The notes under the pieces: generated by a model
Databases searched by the model: none
What the model was told of the DNA's origin: nothing
What the model saw: only the letters and a program-made list of their open reading frames with translations
Origin: an uncultured bacterium
GTDB lineage: Bacteria; Krumholzibacteriota; Krumholzibacteriia; LZORAL124-64-63
NCBI GenBank assembly: GCA_963727525.1
Contig: CAVSGO010000007.1
Span: 2,048,001-2,112,000 of the forward strand
Reading direction: 5' to 3'
DNA length: 64,000 bases
Part shown: positions 1 through 11,318 of the stretch, in pieces
Numbering within the stretch: the first letter of the stretch is position 1
How the letters are laid out: every line of letters starts with the position of its first letter
Program-made: the position numbers and the translations under genes

Positions 1-655
1 CGAAGGCGACGTCACGGCGCAACATTTCGACCAAGTACTCGTGGCCATCGGCCGGCGGCCCAACACCGACAACATCGGACTGGAGCATACGAAGGTGGGT
101 GTGGACGAACGCGGCGTGATCCGCACCGACGAATCGTGCCGCACCGACGATCCGCATATCTTCGCCATCGGCGACGTGACGGCCGGGCCCATGCTGGCCC
201 ACAAGGCGAGCCGCGAAGCGAAGGTTGCCGCCGAGGTCATCGCGGGTCATCCCGCAGCCTTCGACAACCGCGCGATCCCCGCCGTGGTCTACACCGACCC
301 GGAGATTGCGTGGGTCGGGATCACCGAGCGCGAGGCGGCCGCGGCCGAGCGGGCCGTGAAGGTGGGTCGCTTCCCGATGTCGGCCCTGGGACGTGCGCGC
401 ACCCTCGGGCGGACCGACGGCCTGGTGAAGGTCATCTGCGACCCCGAAGACGAACTGATCCTCGGCGTGGGCATCGTGGCACCGCACGCGAGCGAGCTGA
501 TCGCCGAGGCCGCGCTCGCGATCGAGATGGGCGCCACCCTGCAGGATCTCATTGCCACCATCCATCCCCATCCCTCGCTCTCGGAGGCGATCATGGAGGC
601 GGCCGAGGCGGCGGCGGGCGAGGCCATCCACATCAATCCGCCGCGCAAGTCGTGA
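1..655 (+). CDS. lpdA: Dihydrolipoamide dehydrogenase (E3), 5'-truncated by window edge
   Basis: Frame open from base 2; motifs VAIGRRPN, IFAIGD..GPMLAHKA, IPAVVYTDPEIA, HPHPSLSE. Confidence 0.93.
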   Translation, partial: EGDVTAQHFDQVLVAIGRRPNTDNIGLEHTKVGVDERGVIRTDESCRTDDPHIFAIGDVTAGPMLAHKASREAKVAAEVIAGHPAAFDNRAIPAVVYTDPEIAWVGITEREAAAAERAVKVGRFPMSALGRARTLGRTDGLVKVICDPEDELILGVGIVAPHASELIAEAALAIEMGATLQDLIATIHPHPSLSEAIMEAAEAAAGEAIHINPPRKS

Positions 656-1323
656 CCTCCGCCAGTGCCGCGCACGAGCCGCGCGAACTCGCGCCCTACG
701 ACCGCGACGAGGCCCTGATCGCGACCGCCCGCAGCAGCGGCGGCGCGCAGCTCGCGGTCTATCCCCATGCGGGCCGCGCAGTGGTCGTCGGTCGGGGCGG
801 CGATCCCGACGTGGAGACGCGACCTGCCGTGATCGCCGCCGACGGCGTCCCCCTGCTGCGCCGGCGTGGGGGCGGCTGCGCCGTGGTGCTTGACGAAGGC
901 AACCTGGTGGTATCGCTCGCATTGCCGATGGCGGGCATCGGGGGCATCACGGGCGCGTTCACCGCGATCACGCGGTGGCTCGTCGCCGGCCTCGCCGACA
1001 GCGGCGTGCCGAGCGTGGTGCAGGCCGGCGTGAGCGATCTCGCGCTCGGCGATCGGAAGCTCGGCGGATCCTGCATCTGGCGAACCCGGGGCCTGGTGTA
1101 TTACACGACCACCCTCCTCGTCTGCCCCGCCTGGGATCTCATCACGCGGTATCTGCCGCATCCCCCGCGCGAACCCGCCTATCGCCGGGGCCGCGAACAC
1201 CGCGCGTTCCTGACCTGCCTCGAGGAACTGGGGCTGGAGGCTTCACCGGCCGCGTTCGGCGCCACCCTCCTGCCCGTGCTGACGGCCCGTCTCAACGCTC
1301 TCATGCGTGCCGTGGGGGCCTGA
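652..1323 (+). CDS. Lipoate-protein ligase A family, catalytic domain only (~223 aa)
   Basis: GTGA overlap with lpdA stop; RRRGGGCAVV..GNL and DRKLGG motifs; next to E3. Confidence 0.82.
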   Translation: MTSASAAHEPRELAPYDRDEALIATARSSGGAQLAVYPHAGRAVVVGRGGDPDVETRPAVIAADGVPLLRRRGGGCAVVLDEGNLVVSLALPMAGIGGITGAFTAITRWLVAGLADSGVPSVVQAGVSDLALGDRKLGGSCIWRTRGLVYYTTTLLVCPAWDLITRYLPHPPREPAYRRGREHRAFLTCLEELGLEASPAAFGATLLPVLTARLNALMRAVGA

Positions 1324-1438
1324 GACAGCATCGATTCTCCCTTGTCGGCACCGTCGGATGCTGTATACTGGCCCCAGAAATGACGATACAGGTACGGAGT
1401 ATTGCCCCAACACGGTATCCCAGAAGGTTGAGTGAGCC

Positions 1439-2101
1439 ATGGAGTCGTACCGCATCCTGATCGTGGACGATCATCCGCTCGTTCGTTCCGGAATCGTCTC
1501 GATGCTGGAGCTAGAGCCAGACCTCACCGTCTGCGGGGAGGCGGAGGATCCTGCCGACGCGATGGATTCCATCGAGAAGCAGAAGCCGGATCTCGCGCTC
1601 GTCGATATCTCGCTGCGCGGCGGTACCAGCGGGCTGGAGCTGCTCAAGGCGATCCGTCAGAAGTACCCGCGGTTGAAGACGCTCGCCGTCTCGATGCACG
1701 ACGAGGAAGTGTACGCTCTGCGCGCGCTCAAGGCGGGTGCGCAGGGCTACATCATGAAGCAGGAGGGTACGGAGCGTATCCGCGAGGCCATCCGCTGTGT
1801 CCTCGAGGGTCGCACCTATCTCAGTGAAGGCATGACGCAGGCGGCCGTCGACCAGCTCGGCCAGAGCGGCATTCCGCGCGATACCTCGCCGTCGACCGTC
1901 CTCAGCGACCGTGAACTCGAGCTGTTCGAGCTGACGGGACAGGGCAAGGAGATCAACGAGATCGCCAAGATCATGAATATCAGCCCCCGCACCGTCGAGG
2001 TGCACCGCTCTCACATCAAGAAGAAGCTGGGCCTGAAAACGAGCACCGACATCTTTCAGAACGCATACGAGTGGCTCCGGGAACGCGGCATGAAACCATG
2101 A
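1439..2101 (+). CDS. NarL/LuxR-family response regulator (REC + HTH)
   Basis: ILIVDDHP, LVDISL, VSMH, GYIMK; LSDRELE..IAKIMNISPRTVEVHRSHIKKKL. Confidence 0.95.
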   Translation: MESYRILIVDDHPLVRSGIVSMLELEPDLTVCGEAEDPADAMDSIEKQKPDLALVDISLRGGTSGLELLKAIRQKYPRLKTLAVSMHDEEVYALRALKAGAQGYIMKQEGTERIREAIRCVLEGRTYLSEGMTQAAVDQLGQSGIPRDTSPSTVLSDRELELFELTGQGKEINEIAKIMNISPRTVEVHRSHIKKKLGLKTSTDIFQNAYEWLRERGMKP

Positions 2102-2127
2102 CCGTTGGTTCCGACAGTGCAACACGA

Positions 2128-2161
2128 GAGGCGGACCTCGAACGGGCCGCCTCGTTTTTTT
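2128..2161 (+). terminator. Intrinsic terminator
   Basis: GAGGCGG(A)CC-loop-GG(G)CCGCCTC stem followed by a T run, just after the regulator stop. Confidence 0.8.
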
Positions 2162-2305
2162 GGAACTGGCTAGCGAGCCCCGCAAAACTCCTAGTCAAGA
2201 GATAAAATTAGTGTTAAGAGTTCGCTGGAGATGTGGTAATAACAAGATGAGCCTGGTCGGGAGTGGAAGGCGGGTCGATTCACACCATCGTGTAAGGAGG
2301 CCGGA

Positions 2306-2560
2306 ATGAGTAGTAGGGCTCACGAATACTGGATGGCCAACATCCGTCTCGTAGTTGGGTGCATCGCCGTCTGGTTCCTGGTCTCGTTCGGGTTCGGCAT
2401 CCTTCTCGCCGAACCGCTGAATAGCATCAAAATCGGGGGATACAAGCTGGGCTTCTGGTTCGCCCAGCAGGGTTCGATCTACACGTTCGTGGCCCTGATC
2501 TTCTTCTACGCGCATCGCATGAACATCCTGGACCGCAGATACAACGTGCACGAGGACTGA
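2306..2560 (+). CDS. DUF4212 small membrane partner of sodium:solute symporter
   Basis: YW..N, WFLVSFG, GYKLGFWFAQQGSIYTFV signature; AAGGAGG RBS; precedes symporter. Confidence 0.92.
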   Translation: MSSRAHEYWMANIRLVVGCIAVWFLVSFGFGILLAEPLNSIKIGGYKLGFWFAQQGSIYTFVALIFFYAHRMNILDRRYNVHED

Positions 2561-2652
2561 TCAATTCTGCTCCTGGCGGACGTGACCGGGACCCGGTCGT
2601 CAGCCAACGAGCGCTCGCGTTCGGGACGTTCAAAGAGAAGGAGAGCGGCTCC

Positions 2653-4422
2653 ATGGACCTCAAGACCATGACCTTCGTGGTGGTCGGACTGACCTTCGCG
2701 ATCTACATCTACATCGCCATCCGCGCCCGCGCCGTCAGCACGTCGGAGTTCTACGTGGCCGGCAAGGGTGTCCATCCCGTGCTCAACGGCATGGCCACGG
2801 GCGCCGACTGGATGTCGGCGGCGTCGTTCATCTCCATGGCCGGCATCATCGCCTTCAGCGGTTACGGCGCGTCGGCCTACCTGATGGGCTGGACCGGAGG
2901 CTACGTATTGCTGGCCATGCTCCTGGCTCCGTACCTGCGCAAGTACGGCAAGTTCACGGTGCCGGAGTTCATCGGCGACCGCTTCTACTCCAAGAGCGCG
3001 CGTGGCGTCGCGATCCTATGCCTGATCGTCGCCTCGCTGACTTACGTGATCGGCCAGATGAAGGGCGTGGGCGTGGCCTTCTCGCGCTTCCTCGAGGTGC
3101 CGTTCGCGACGGGCGTCTACGTGGGCATGGGCATTGTCTTCATCTACGCCGTGCTCGGCGGCATGAAAGGCATCACCTACACGCAGATCGCACAGTACTG
3201 CGTCCTCATCTTCGCCTACACGGTTCCCGCCATCTTCATCTCGATGCAGCTCACCGGCAACCCGATCCCCCAGCTCGGTCTGGGCGGGACGCTCTCGGGG
3301 ACCAACGTGCACCTGCTCGACAAACTCGATCTGATCTGCACAGACCTTGGTTTCGCCCAGTACACGACGCAGAAAGGGTCCATGCAGGACATGTTCCTGC
3401 TGACGTTGACGCTCATGATCGGCACCGCCGGATTGCCCCACGTGATCACGCGCTTCTTCACGGTGCCGCGCGTTCGCGATGCGCGCTCGTCGGCCGGCTG
3501 GGCCCTCGTGTTCATCGCCATCCTCTACACCACGGCACCGGCCGTGGCCGCGATGGCCCGCCTCAATTTCATGCACACCGTGCAGACGGGCGAGATCGGC
3601 GCTCCCAATGGCAACCTGCTCATCGCCAACGCGCCGGCGTGGTTCAACAACTGGGAGAAGACCGGCCTGCTGCAGGTCGAGGACAAGAACGGCGATGGCC
3701 GCATCCAGTACTACGGCCCGGGCCTCGACGCCAAGGCGGCCGCGTTCGGCTGGAAGGGCAACGAGATGGTAAAGGTCGACCGTGACATCATGGTACTGGC
3801 CAACCCGGAGATCGCGGGGCTGCCCAACTGGGTCATCGCGCTCGTGGCTGCCGGCGGCATCGCCGCGGCACTCTCCACGGCGGCCGGTTTACTGTTAGCG
3901 ATCGCGTCGGCCATATCGCACGACCTGTTCAAGGGCATCTTCACGCCCAACATCTCCGAACGTACGGAACTGAGGGTGGGCCGCGCCTCCATGGCGGTGG
4001 CGATCGTCGTCGCCGGCATCCTGGGGCTCAATCCACCGGGCTTCGCGGCCCAGGTCGTGGCGCTGGCCTTCGGCCTGGCGGCGTCGTCGATCTTCCCGGC
4101 GATCATGATGGGCATCTTCAATCGGCGCATGAACAAATCCGGCGCCATTGCCGGCATGCTCGCCGGTCTGCTCTTCACGATCGTCTACATCTTCCTCTAC
4201 AAGGGCTGGTTCTTCGTCAAGGGCACGAACGTGCTGCCGGACGACAAGGCCCACTGGTTGCTCGGCATCTCGCCGGGCTCGATCGGCGCGATCGGCGCGC
4301 TCATCAACTTCATCGTGGCCTGGATCGTATCGAAGGTCACTCCGCCGCCGCCTGAGCACATCCAGGCGATGGTGGAGGACATCCGCGTGCCGGTGGGCTC
4401 GCGCGGCGCGACGGAACACTAG
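2653..4422 (+). CDS. actP: Cation/acetate (monocarboxylate) symporter, ActP-like SSS family
   Basis: NGMATGADWMSAASFIS, APYLRKYGKFTVPEFIGDRF, GTAGLPHVITRFFTVP, AAALSTAAGLL. Confidence 0.9.
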   Translation: MDLKTMTFVVVGLTFAIYIYIAIRARAVSTSEFYVAGKGVHPVLNGMATGADWMSAASFISMAGIIAFSGYGASAYLMGWTGGYVLLAMLLAPYLRKYGKFTVPEFIGDRFYSKSARGVAILCLIVASLTYVIGQMKGVGVAFSRFLEVPFATGVYVGMGIVFIYAVLGGMKGITYTQIAQYCVLIFAYTVPAIFISMQLTGNPIPQLGLGGTLSGTNVHLLDKLDLICTDLGFAQYTTQKGSMQDMFLLTLTLMIGTAGLPHVITRFFTVPRVRDARSSAGWALVFIAILYTTAPAVAAMARLNFMHTVQTGEIGAPNGNLLIANAPAWFNNWEKTGLLQVEDKNGDGRIQYYGPGLDAKAAAFGWKGNEMVKVDRDIMVLANPEIAGLPNWVIALVAAGGIAAALSTAAGLLLAIASAISHDLFKGIFTPNISERTELRVGRASMAVAIVVAGILGLNPPGFAAQVVALAFGLAASSIFPAIMMGIFNRRMNKSGAIAGMLAGLLFTIVYIFLYKGWFFVKGTNVLPDDKAHWLLGISPGSIGAIGALINFIVAWIVSKVTPPPPEHIQAMVEDIRVPVGSRGATEH

Positions 4423-4443
4423 GTCGTCAACGACCATCGAGAC

Positions 4444-4469
4444 AGGGCGCCGGCTTCGGCCGGCGCCCT
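4444..4469. terminator. GC hairpin between convergent genes
   Basis: AGGGCGCCGGC-TTCG-GCCGGCGCCCT, perfect 11-bp stem with a UUCG loop; no clear U tract. Confidence 0.65.
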
Positions 4470-4489
4470 CCAGCGTCTGTATGGCCGGG

Positions 4490-6292
4490 TCAGACCTGCG
4501 TCCGGAAGCGCTGGGCCACCGCCTCCTGAAGCGACCGGATGACCCCGAAGGCATCCTTGAGCAGCCGATGATCCCGCGGAGACAGATTCCCGAGGTCGAT
4601 GCGATTGTCGAGCACACCCCCGGCGTGCAGGGCGGCGAGCTGTGCGCGCAGGCGCATCTGCAGGAGGAAACGGTAGGTCTCGATGCTGGTGGTCCCCAGA
4701 TCGCGACTCAGCAATCCCGCGGCGATCGCCGCTTCCAGACGTTCGCGCGTGGGTCGTGCGGCGCTGCGGGCCTGCAGCGCGTAGACCCTCGCCGCGCTGA
4801 CCAATGGCGCCAGACCGCCGGTCTTGACGTCGACCCGACCATCCTCCGCCTGGATGCGATGGAAGAGCCCCAGTGGCGGTCGCCAGTTGAGCGAGGCGCG
4901 GGCCATGTGCAGCATGAAGAGCTGGTTGTCGCCCGCCGCGGCCACCTGATCCACGAGCGGCGTCACGTCGAGATCGCCGGCGATAGCGCGGAAATCGAAG
5001 AAGATGGCCGCCACCATCAGTGCCTGCGGATCGGGCGTGCGGATCCAGTCGCCGAAGGTGCGCTGCCACCCGGCGAGCGAACGACACCACTGCGTCGCCA
5101 TGAATCCGCCCGGACAGGGCGGGAAGCCAGCCGTGACGAGACTGTCCACCGCGAGGCGCGCGAGTCGGGGAAAGTAAGCCTGCGCCTCGGCGCTGTCGTC
5201 GGCATGGACGAGGGCGTTGTCCTGGTCGTTGATCAGCACCTGCTCCATACGACCTTCGGACCCGAAGACGAGCCAGGCATACGCGCAGGGCGGCGGGCCA
5301 AGCTGCGACTCGGCCAGCCGCAGGACCTGGCGCACGAGCGTGTCGCCCACGCTCGCGCAGATGCGCCCGATCTGGGCCACCTTGAGACCGCCCTCGAAGA
5401 GACGCTCCACCATGCTGGCCACGCCGCTCGCGTAGGTGGCGAGCGCCTCGGGGGCATCGACGTGCTCGAGCTGTTGCATGAGGTAGAGTGGGCTGCGCGT
5501 CTGATGGCGCATCAGATCGGTGGCCGAGAGCACGCCGCGGATCTCGCCCGCCGCGGTCACAGGCACGTGGTGGATCCGTTCCTGCAACATGAAGAGCAGA
5601 GCGGCATGCACCGGTACGTCGTCGTCGAGCGTCTTGAGCGGTCGCGTCATCACGTCGCTCGCGATCATGTCGGCGCCACGATCGGCCGCCAGCACGCGTG
5701 TCTGGAAATCATGGTCCGTGAGGATGCCTGGCGGGTCGCTAGAGACGATGGCCACGTCGACGCGCGCATCGCGCATGGCGCGCGCGACCTCGCCCACGGT
5801 GGCGGACGGCGACACGACGAGCGGCCGCTGCAGCCCGAGATCGCCGATCGCAGCCGTCAATTCCCCGCCCAGGGACGCCACCTCGCGCCGCGTGACGCGG
5901 CGCAGCCGCTCGCTCAGGCTCTTCAGGAAGAACTCGGCGAACGGCGCGTTGCCCAGGAGTTCCCGGAAATCGGCGGCCGGGATCCCGTGAACGGTGACGG
6001 CATCCACCGCGACGGCGTCGAGGGACGGCGGCGCCATGCCGATGATCGACGGGTAGCCGAAGCAGTCGCCTTCCTCGAGGATCTGCACCGTCACCCCGTC
6101 GCGCGTCAGGTGTACCGTGCCCTCGGCCACGAGGTACACGCAGGGGCTGGGCTTACCCCCCACGCGCAGGATGCGAGTGCCGGGACGGAAGACCTCGGTG
6201 CGGACCGCGGCCTCCACCCGCACACGCTCGGCATCATCGAGCAGCACGAAGGGATGGTGGGTACGCAGAAGCTCGCCGATCGTCGCCGCCAT
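4490..6292 (-). CDS. cNMP-binding + 2xCBS + DUF294 nucleotidyltransferase-like protein
   Basis: N-terminal cNMP fold (VYLVAEGTV..GDCFG), CBS pair, GSEGRMEQ..DQDNAL NTase motif, DVKTGGLAP C-domain; GGGAGG RBS before ATG 6292. Confidence 0.92.
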   Translation of the reverse strand: MAATIGELLRTHHPFVLLDDAERVRVEAAVRTEVFRPGTRILRVGGKPSPCVYLVAEGTVHLTRDGVTVQILEEGDCFGYPSIIGMAPPSLDAVAVDAVTVHGIPAADFRELLGNAPFAEFFLKSLSERLRRVTRREVASLGGELTAAIGDLGLQRPLVVSPSATVGEVARAMRDARVDVAIVSSDPPGILTDHDFQTRVLAADRGADMIASDVMTRPLKTLDDDVPVHAALLFMLQERIHHVPVTAAGEIRGVLSATDLMRHQTRSPLYLMQQLEHVDAPEALATYASGVASMVERLFEGGLKVAQIGRICASVGDTLVRQVLRLAESQLGPPPCAYAWLVFGSEGRMEQVLINDQDNALVHADDSAEAQAYFPRLARLAVDSLVTAGFPPCPGGFMATQWCRSLAGWQRTFGDWIRTPDPQALMVAAIFFDFRAIAGDLDVTPLVDQVAAAGDNQLFMLHMARASLNWRPPLGLFHRIQAEDGRVDVKTGGLAPLVSAARVYALQARSAARPTRERLEAAIAAGLLSRDLGTTSIETYRFLLQMRLRAQLAALHAGGVLDNRIDLGNLSPRDHRLLKDAFGVIRSLQEAVAQRFRTQV

Positions 6293-6314
6293 GGCAACGT
6301 CCTCCCGTTGGCCG

Positions 6315-6713
6315 TCAGTCGTCCGGATCGGCCGGCGGGGGCGCCACGATGCGCCCCAGGATGAGGCCACCGGCGAAGCCATAGATCCAGCCGGCCGCAG
6401 CACCCACCAGGACCAGGCGCGGCGACGGCGCCAGCGCTGCGATCACCACCAGGGCGCCGCTGAGCAGACCGACGCTGCCCAGCAATGCGGCGGCAGATCG
6501 AATGCGCCGCGTCCGGGTCACGAGCATGCCGCCGGCGGCCCAGACCAGCGCGGTCAGGGGCGCCATGCGCAAGAGGAACGCGGTGAGGGCCGTGCGGTCG
6601 CCGTACCCAGCAATCTCCAGCGCTACCGGGAGCACGCTCGCCACCAGGCTGATCCCGGCGAAGCAGCCGAGCAGCCCACCGACGAGCCAGCGGACGAAGC
6701 GTTTTTCGAACAT
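6315..6713 (-). CDS. Hypothetical membrane protein (about 4 TM helices)
   Basis: Hydrophobic Gly/Ala-rich segments; 22 nt upstream of the DUF294 gene, same strand. Confidence 0.7.
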   Translation of the reverse strand: MFEKRFVRWLVGGLLGCFAGISLVASVLPVALEIAGYGDRTALTAFLLRMAPLTALVWAAGGMLVTRTRRIRSAAALLGSVGLLSGALVVIAALAPSPRLVLVGAAAGWIYGFAGGLILGRIVAPPPADPDD

Positions 6714-6808
6714 GGTACGGGCACTCTAGCATCGGTCCACGGGCTTGACCAGCGCCGTACATCCAGCTCGGTCTTGCCAGAAAGGCGCGCGTCCCCAAAG
6801 ATGGCGTC

Positions 6809-8212
6809 ATGAATGCCGCCTCGTACCAGACGATCAAGAGCTGCCTCCTGTGGGCGGTGGTCTGCGCGGCGATCGGCGCCTCCGCCCTGGGGCGCGTGGC
6901 CGCCACCGACCAGACGCCAGGACACGGGACGTGGTTCGTGGTGATGGTGACCGGGGTCTGGTCGCTCGCATTGCTCGTGCGTGCCTGGGTGATCGCGGAC
7001 CGCCTGGGCGCCGGACTGGCCGCGGTGCGTACGGCCGTCCTGAACCTCGTCGCCGAACACGACGCGGTGCCGCCCGATGGGCTCGGCGAAGGACTTCCGG
7101 CCGAGATCGCCGACATGCTGGCGTCGCTGGCGCGTTACCAGGGCGATGTGATCCGCGAACGCCAGGCCCCGGACCGGCGGCTCGTAGCGGTACTCGCCTC
7201 GCTGGCCAGCGGCGTGGTGGTCGTCACGGACAAGGGTCAGGTGAGCCTGCTGAACTACCCCGCCCGCGAGCTGCTGGGCGCGGAGCGGGCGCGCGTGGGC
7301 ACCTCGGTCTTCGCCGCGCTGGCGCGCGACACCGTGCTGCACGCCATCGCCCGTGCCCAGGACGCCGCACGCCCGGTGGAGGCCCTGTTCGAGCGGCTCG
7401 ATGGCGTGGAACTGCAGGGCCGCGTCGCCCCCCTCGCCGATGGCGAGGGCGCCGTGATCATCTTCCCACCGATCGAGCTCGCCCGGAATCGCCCCGGCGT
7501 GGAGTTCGATCTGGGCCTGCACGATGCGCCACCGGTCGTGGCGCCGCTCTCGCTCGGCATCCCGCTCGACGAGCTGCCGGCCGTGATCCTGGACACCGAG
7601 ACCACGGGGCTCGACGTCGCGACCGACCGCATCGTCTCGTTCGGAGCCGTATGCACCCACGGAACACGCATGTTCCGCGGCTATCTCATCGACGACGTCG
7701 TGAACCCGGGCGTTCCCGTTCCGCCACGCTCCACCGCCATCCACGGCATCACCGACGCCATGGTGCGCGACGGGCGCAGCTTCGCCCAGGTCTACGCGGA
7801 TTTCGAGCGCCTCGCCCGCAATCGCGTGGTGGTGGGCCACAACATCCCCTTCGACCTCACGCTGATGCGCCACGAGTGCGCCCGTGCCGGCCGCCCCTGG
7901 AACGACCGTGTCTTCATCGACACCCTGCGCCTCGCTTCGCTGCTGAACCCCACGCTCCGTCGCTTCGAGCTGGAGAATCTGTCGCAGATCTACCAGATCG
8001 ACCTGCGCGGCCGCCACACCGCCCTCGGTGACGCGATGGTGACCGCCGAGCTGTTCTTCCGCATGATCCCCCGCCTCCAGCAGCAGGGTTTCGCCACGCT
8101 TGGCGACCTGCTGCGGTTCCAGGACACCGAGGCCGTGGACGTGATCGCCAAGCAGCGCGAGGCCGGCTGGATCGTGTCCCAGCCCGCGGCTCTCGACCGT
8201 GAACCCCGCTGA
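6809..8212 (+). CDS. Membrane-anchored PAS + DEDDh 3'-5' exonuclease (DnaQ/RNase T-like)
   Basis: Two N-terminal TMs; PAS-like GVVVVTDKGQVSLLN; ExoI LDTETTG, ExoII VGHNIPFD, ExoIII RHTALGDA. Confidence 0.88.
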   Translation: MNAASYQTIKSCLLWAVVCAAIGASALGRVAATDQTPGHGTWFVVMVTGVWSLALLVRAWVIADRLGAGLAAVRTAVLNLVAEHDAVPPDGLGEGLPAEIADMLASLARYQGDVIRERQAPDRRLVAVLASLASGVVVVTDKGQVSLLNYPARELLGAERARVGTSVFAALARDTVLHAIARAQDAARPVEALFERLDGVELQGRVAPLADGEGAVIIFPPIELARNRPGVEFDLGLHDAPPVVAPLSLGIPLDELPAVILDTETTGLDVATDRIVSFGAVCTHGTRMFRGYLIDDVVNPGVPVPPRSTAIHGITDAMVRDGRSFAQVYADFERLARNRVVVGHNIPFDLTLMRHECARAGRPWNDRVFIDTLRLASLLNPTLRRFELENLSQIYQIDLRGRHTALGDAMVTAELFFRMIPRLQQQGFATLGDLLRFQDTEAVDVIAKQREAGWIVSQPAALDREPR

Positions 8213-8244
8213 AACGAAACCCCGCAACGCCCAGTCAACAACTC

Positions 8245-8274
8245 TTGATTCAAACCACCGCCTCGTGGTATAAC
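8245..8274 (+). promoter_or_regulatory. Sigma70-like promoter of acs
   Basis: TTGATT-N18-TATAAC with TGn extended -10, about 70 nt upstream of acs. Confidence 0.6.
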
Positions 8275-8344
8275 CCGATATGCCGTGGCCGCTTGCAGCG
8301 ACCGGCGCATCGATGTCCATGAGTTGAGTCAGGAGGTTCGCGTG

Positions 8345-10309
<1,965 letters not shown>

Positions 10310-10314
10310 ACGGC

Positions 10315-10351
10315 GCCGGCCGGCCGCTCCAGGGAGCGGTCGGCCGGCTTT
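10315..10351 (+). terminator. Stem-loop after acs
   Basis: GCCGGCCGGCCGCTCC/GGAGCGGTCGGCCGGC inverted repeat followed by TTT. Confidence 0.6.
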
Positions 10352-10364
10352 CCAGGACATCACC

Positions 10365-11303
10365 TTGGACCACGCCTGCGAGCTCCATGTCCACCTCGAG
10401 GGCTGCGTCTGGCCGTCGCACGTACGCCGATGGTGGGCGCGCGCGAATCTGCGCTTTCCCGAGCCGACGAACAGCTCGGTGACGTCGTTCGAAAGTTTCC
10501 TCGCCCGGCTGCGCTACGGGTACAACTTCCTCAACGAGCCCGCGGCGTATGCGGACGTCGCCAGCGCGTACGCCGAACAGGCCGTGGCCCAGGGGATCCG
10601 CTACGCGGAACTTCAGATCAACCTGGCACTGCTCGATGCCTGGGACCTCGCGCTGTCCGAGGTGCTGGCGCGCATCGTCGGCCGCGTGGCACGAGTGCCG
10701 CGGGCTCCGGACCTACGGTTCGTCATCGACCTGCCGTGGCAATTCGATGCCAGGCGGCTGCATGCCGTCGTCGACCGCATCGCCGAGCTGGGGCGCCTTG
10801 GCGTGCGCGGCATCAGCTTCGGCGGGCGCGAGAGCGAGGCGCGTCCGGCCGAGGCGGCTCCCGTGGCCGCCGCAGCACGCGCCGCCGGATTGAAGGTGCT
10901 CTGTCATGCCGGCGAGGGCACCGACAGCGACCTGGCGCAGCGCATCGTCGAGGCGGTGCAGCCTGATCGCGTCACGCACGGCGTCGCCCTCGCCGACTGG
11001 CTCGCCGCCCAGGGCGCGCAGGCTCCCCCGGTCGACGTGTGCCTGTCCAGCAACCTCCGGCTCGGTGTCATCCCGGGCCTCGACGCTCACCCCCTGCGGC
11101 GCTGGTGGGACGCGGGCGTGCCCGTGTGCCTGGCCACGGATGACCCCGCCATCTTCGATACCACGCTTGGCCGGGAGTACGCCCTGGCGACTCGCCTCTG
11201 CCCCGCCCTCGCAACCGACCGCGACCGGATTGTCGCCCACTGGCTGCGCGCAGCGCTCGATACCACGGCCGCGGCGAGGGCACTGGGCCGCGACGGTTCC
11301 TGA
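10365..11303 (+). CDS. Adenosine deaminase family metallohydrolase
   Basis: ELHVHLEG, HAGE, RVTHG, CLSSN, ATDDP motifs; TTG start after AGGA. Confidence 0.85.
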   Translation: MDHACELHVHLEGCVWPSHVRRWWARANLRFPEPTNSSVTSFESFLARLRYGYNFLNEPAAYADVASAYAEQAVAQGIRYAELQINLALLDAWDLALSEVLARIVGRVARVPRAPDLRFVIDLPWQFDARRLHAVVDRIAELGRLGVRGISFGGRESEARPAEAAPVAAAARAAGLKVLCHAGEGTDSDLAQRIVEAVQPDRVTHGVALADWLAAQGAQAPPVDVCLSSNLRLGVIPGLDAHPLRRWWDAGVPVCLATDDPAIFDTTLGREYALATRLCPALATDRDRIVAHWLRAALDTTAAARALGRDGS

Positions 11304-11318
11304 ATCGCCTCGCTGATC

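Noticed and set aside
6809-8212. DNA polymerase III epsilon (dnaQ) or an anti-phage nuclease
   Set aside because: TM + PAS architecture and actP/acs context; no replication or defence genes nearby
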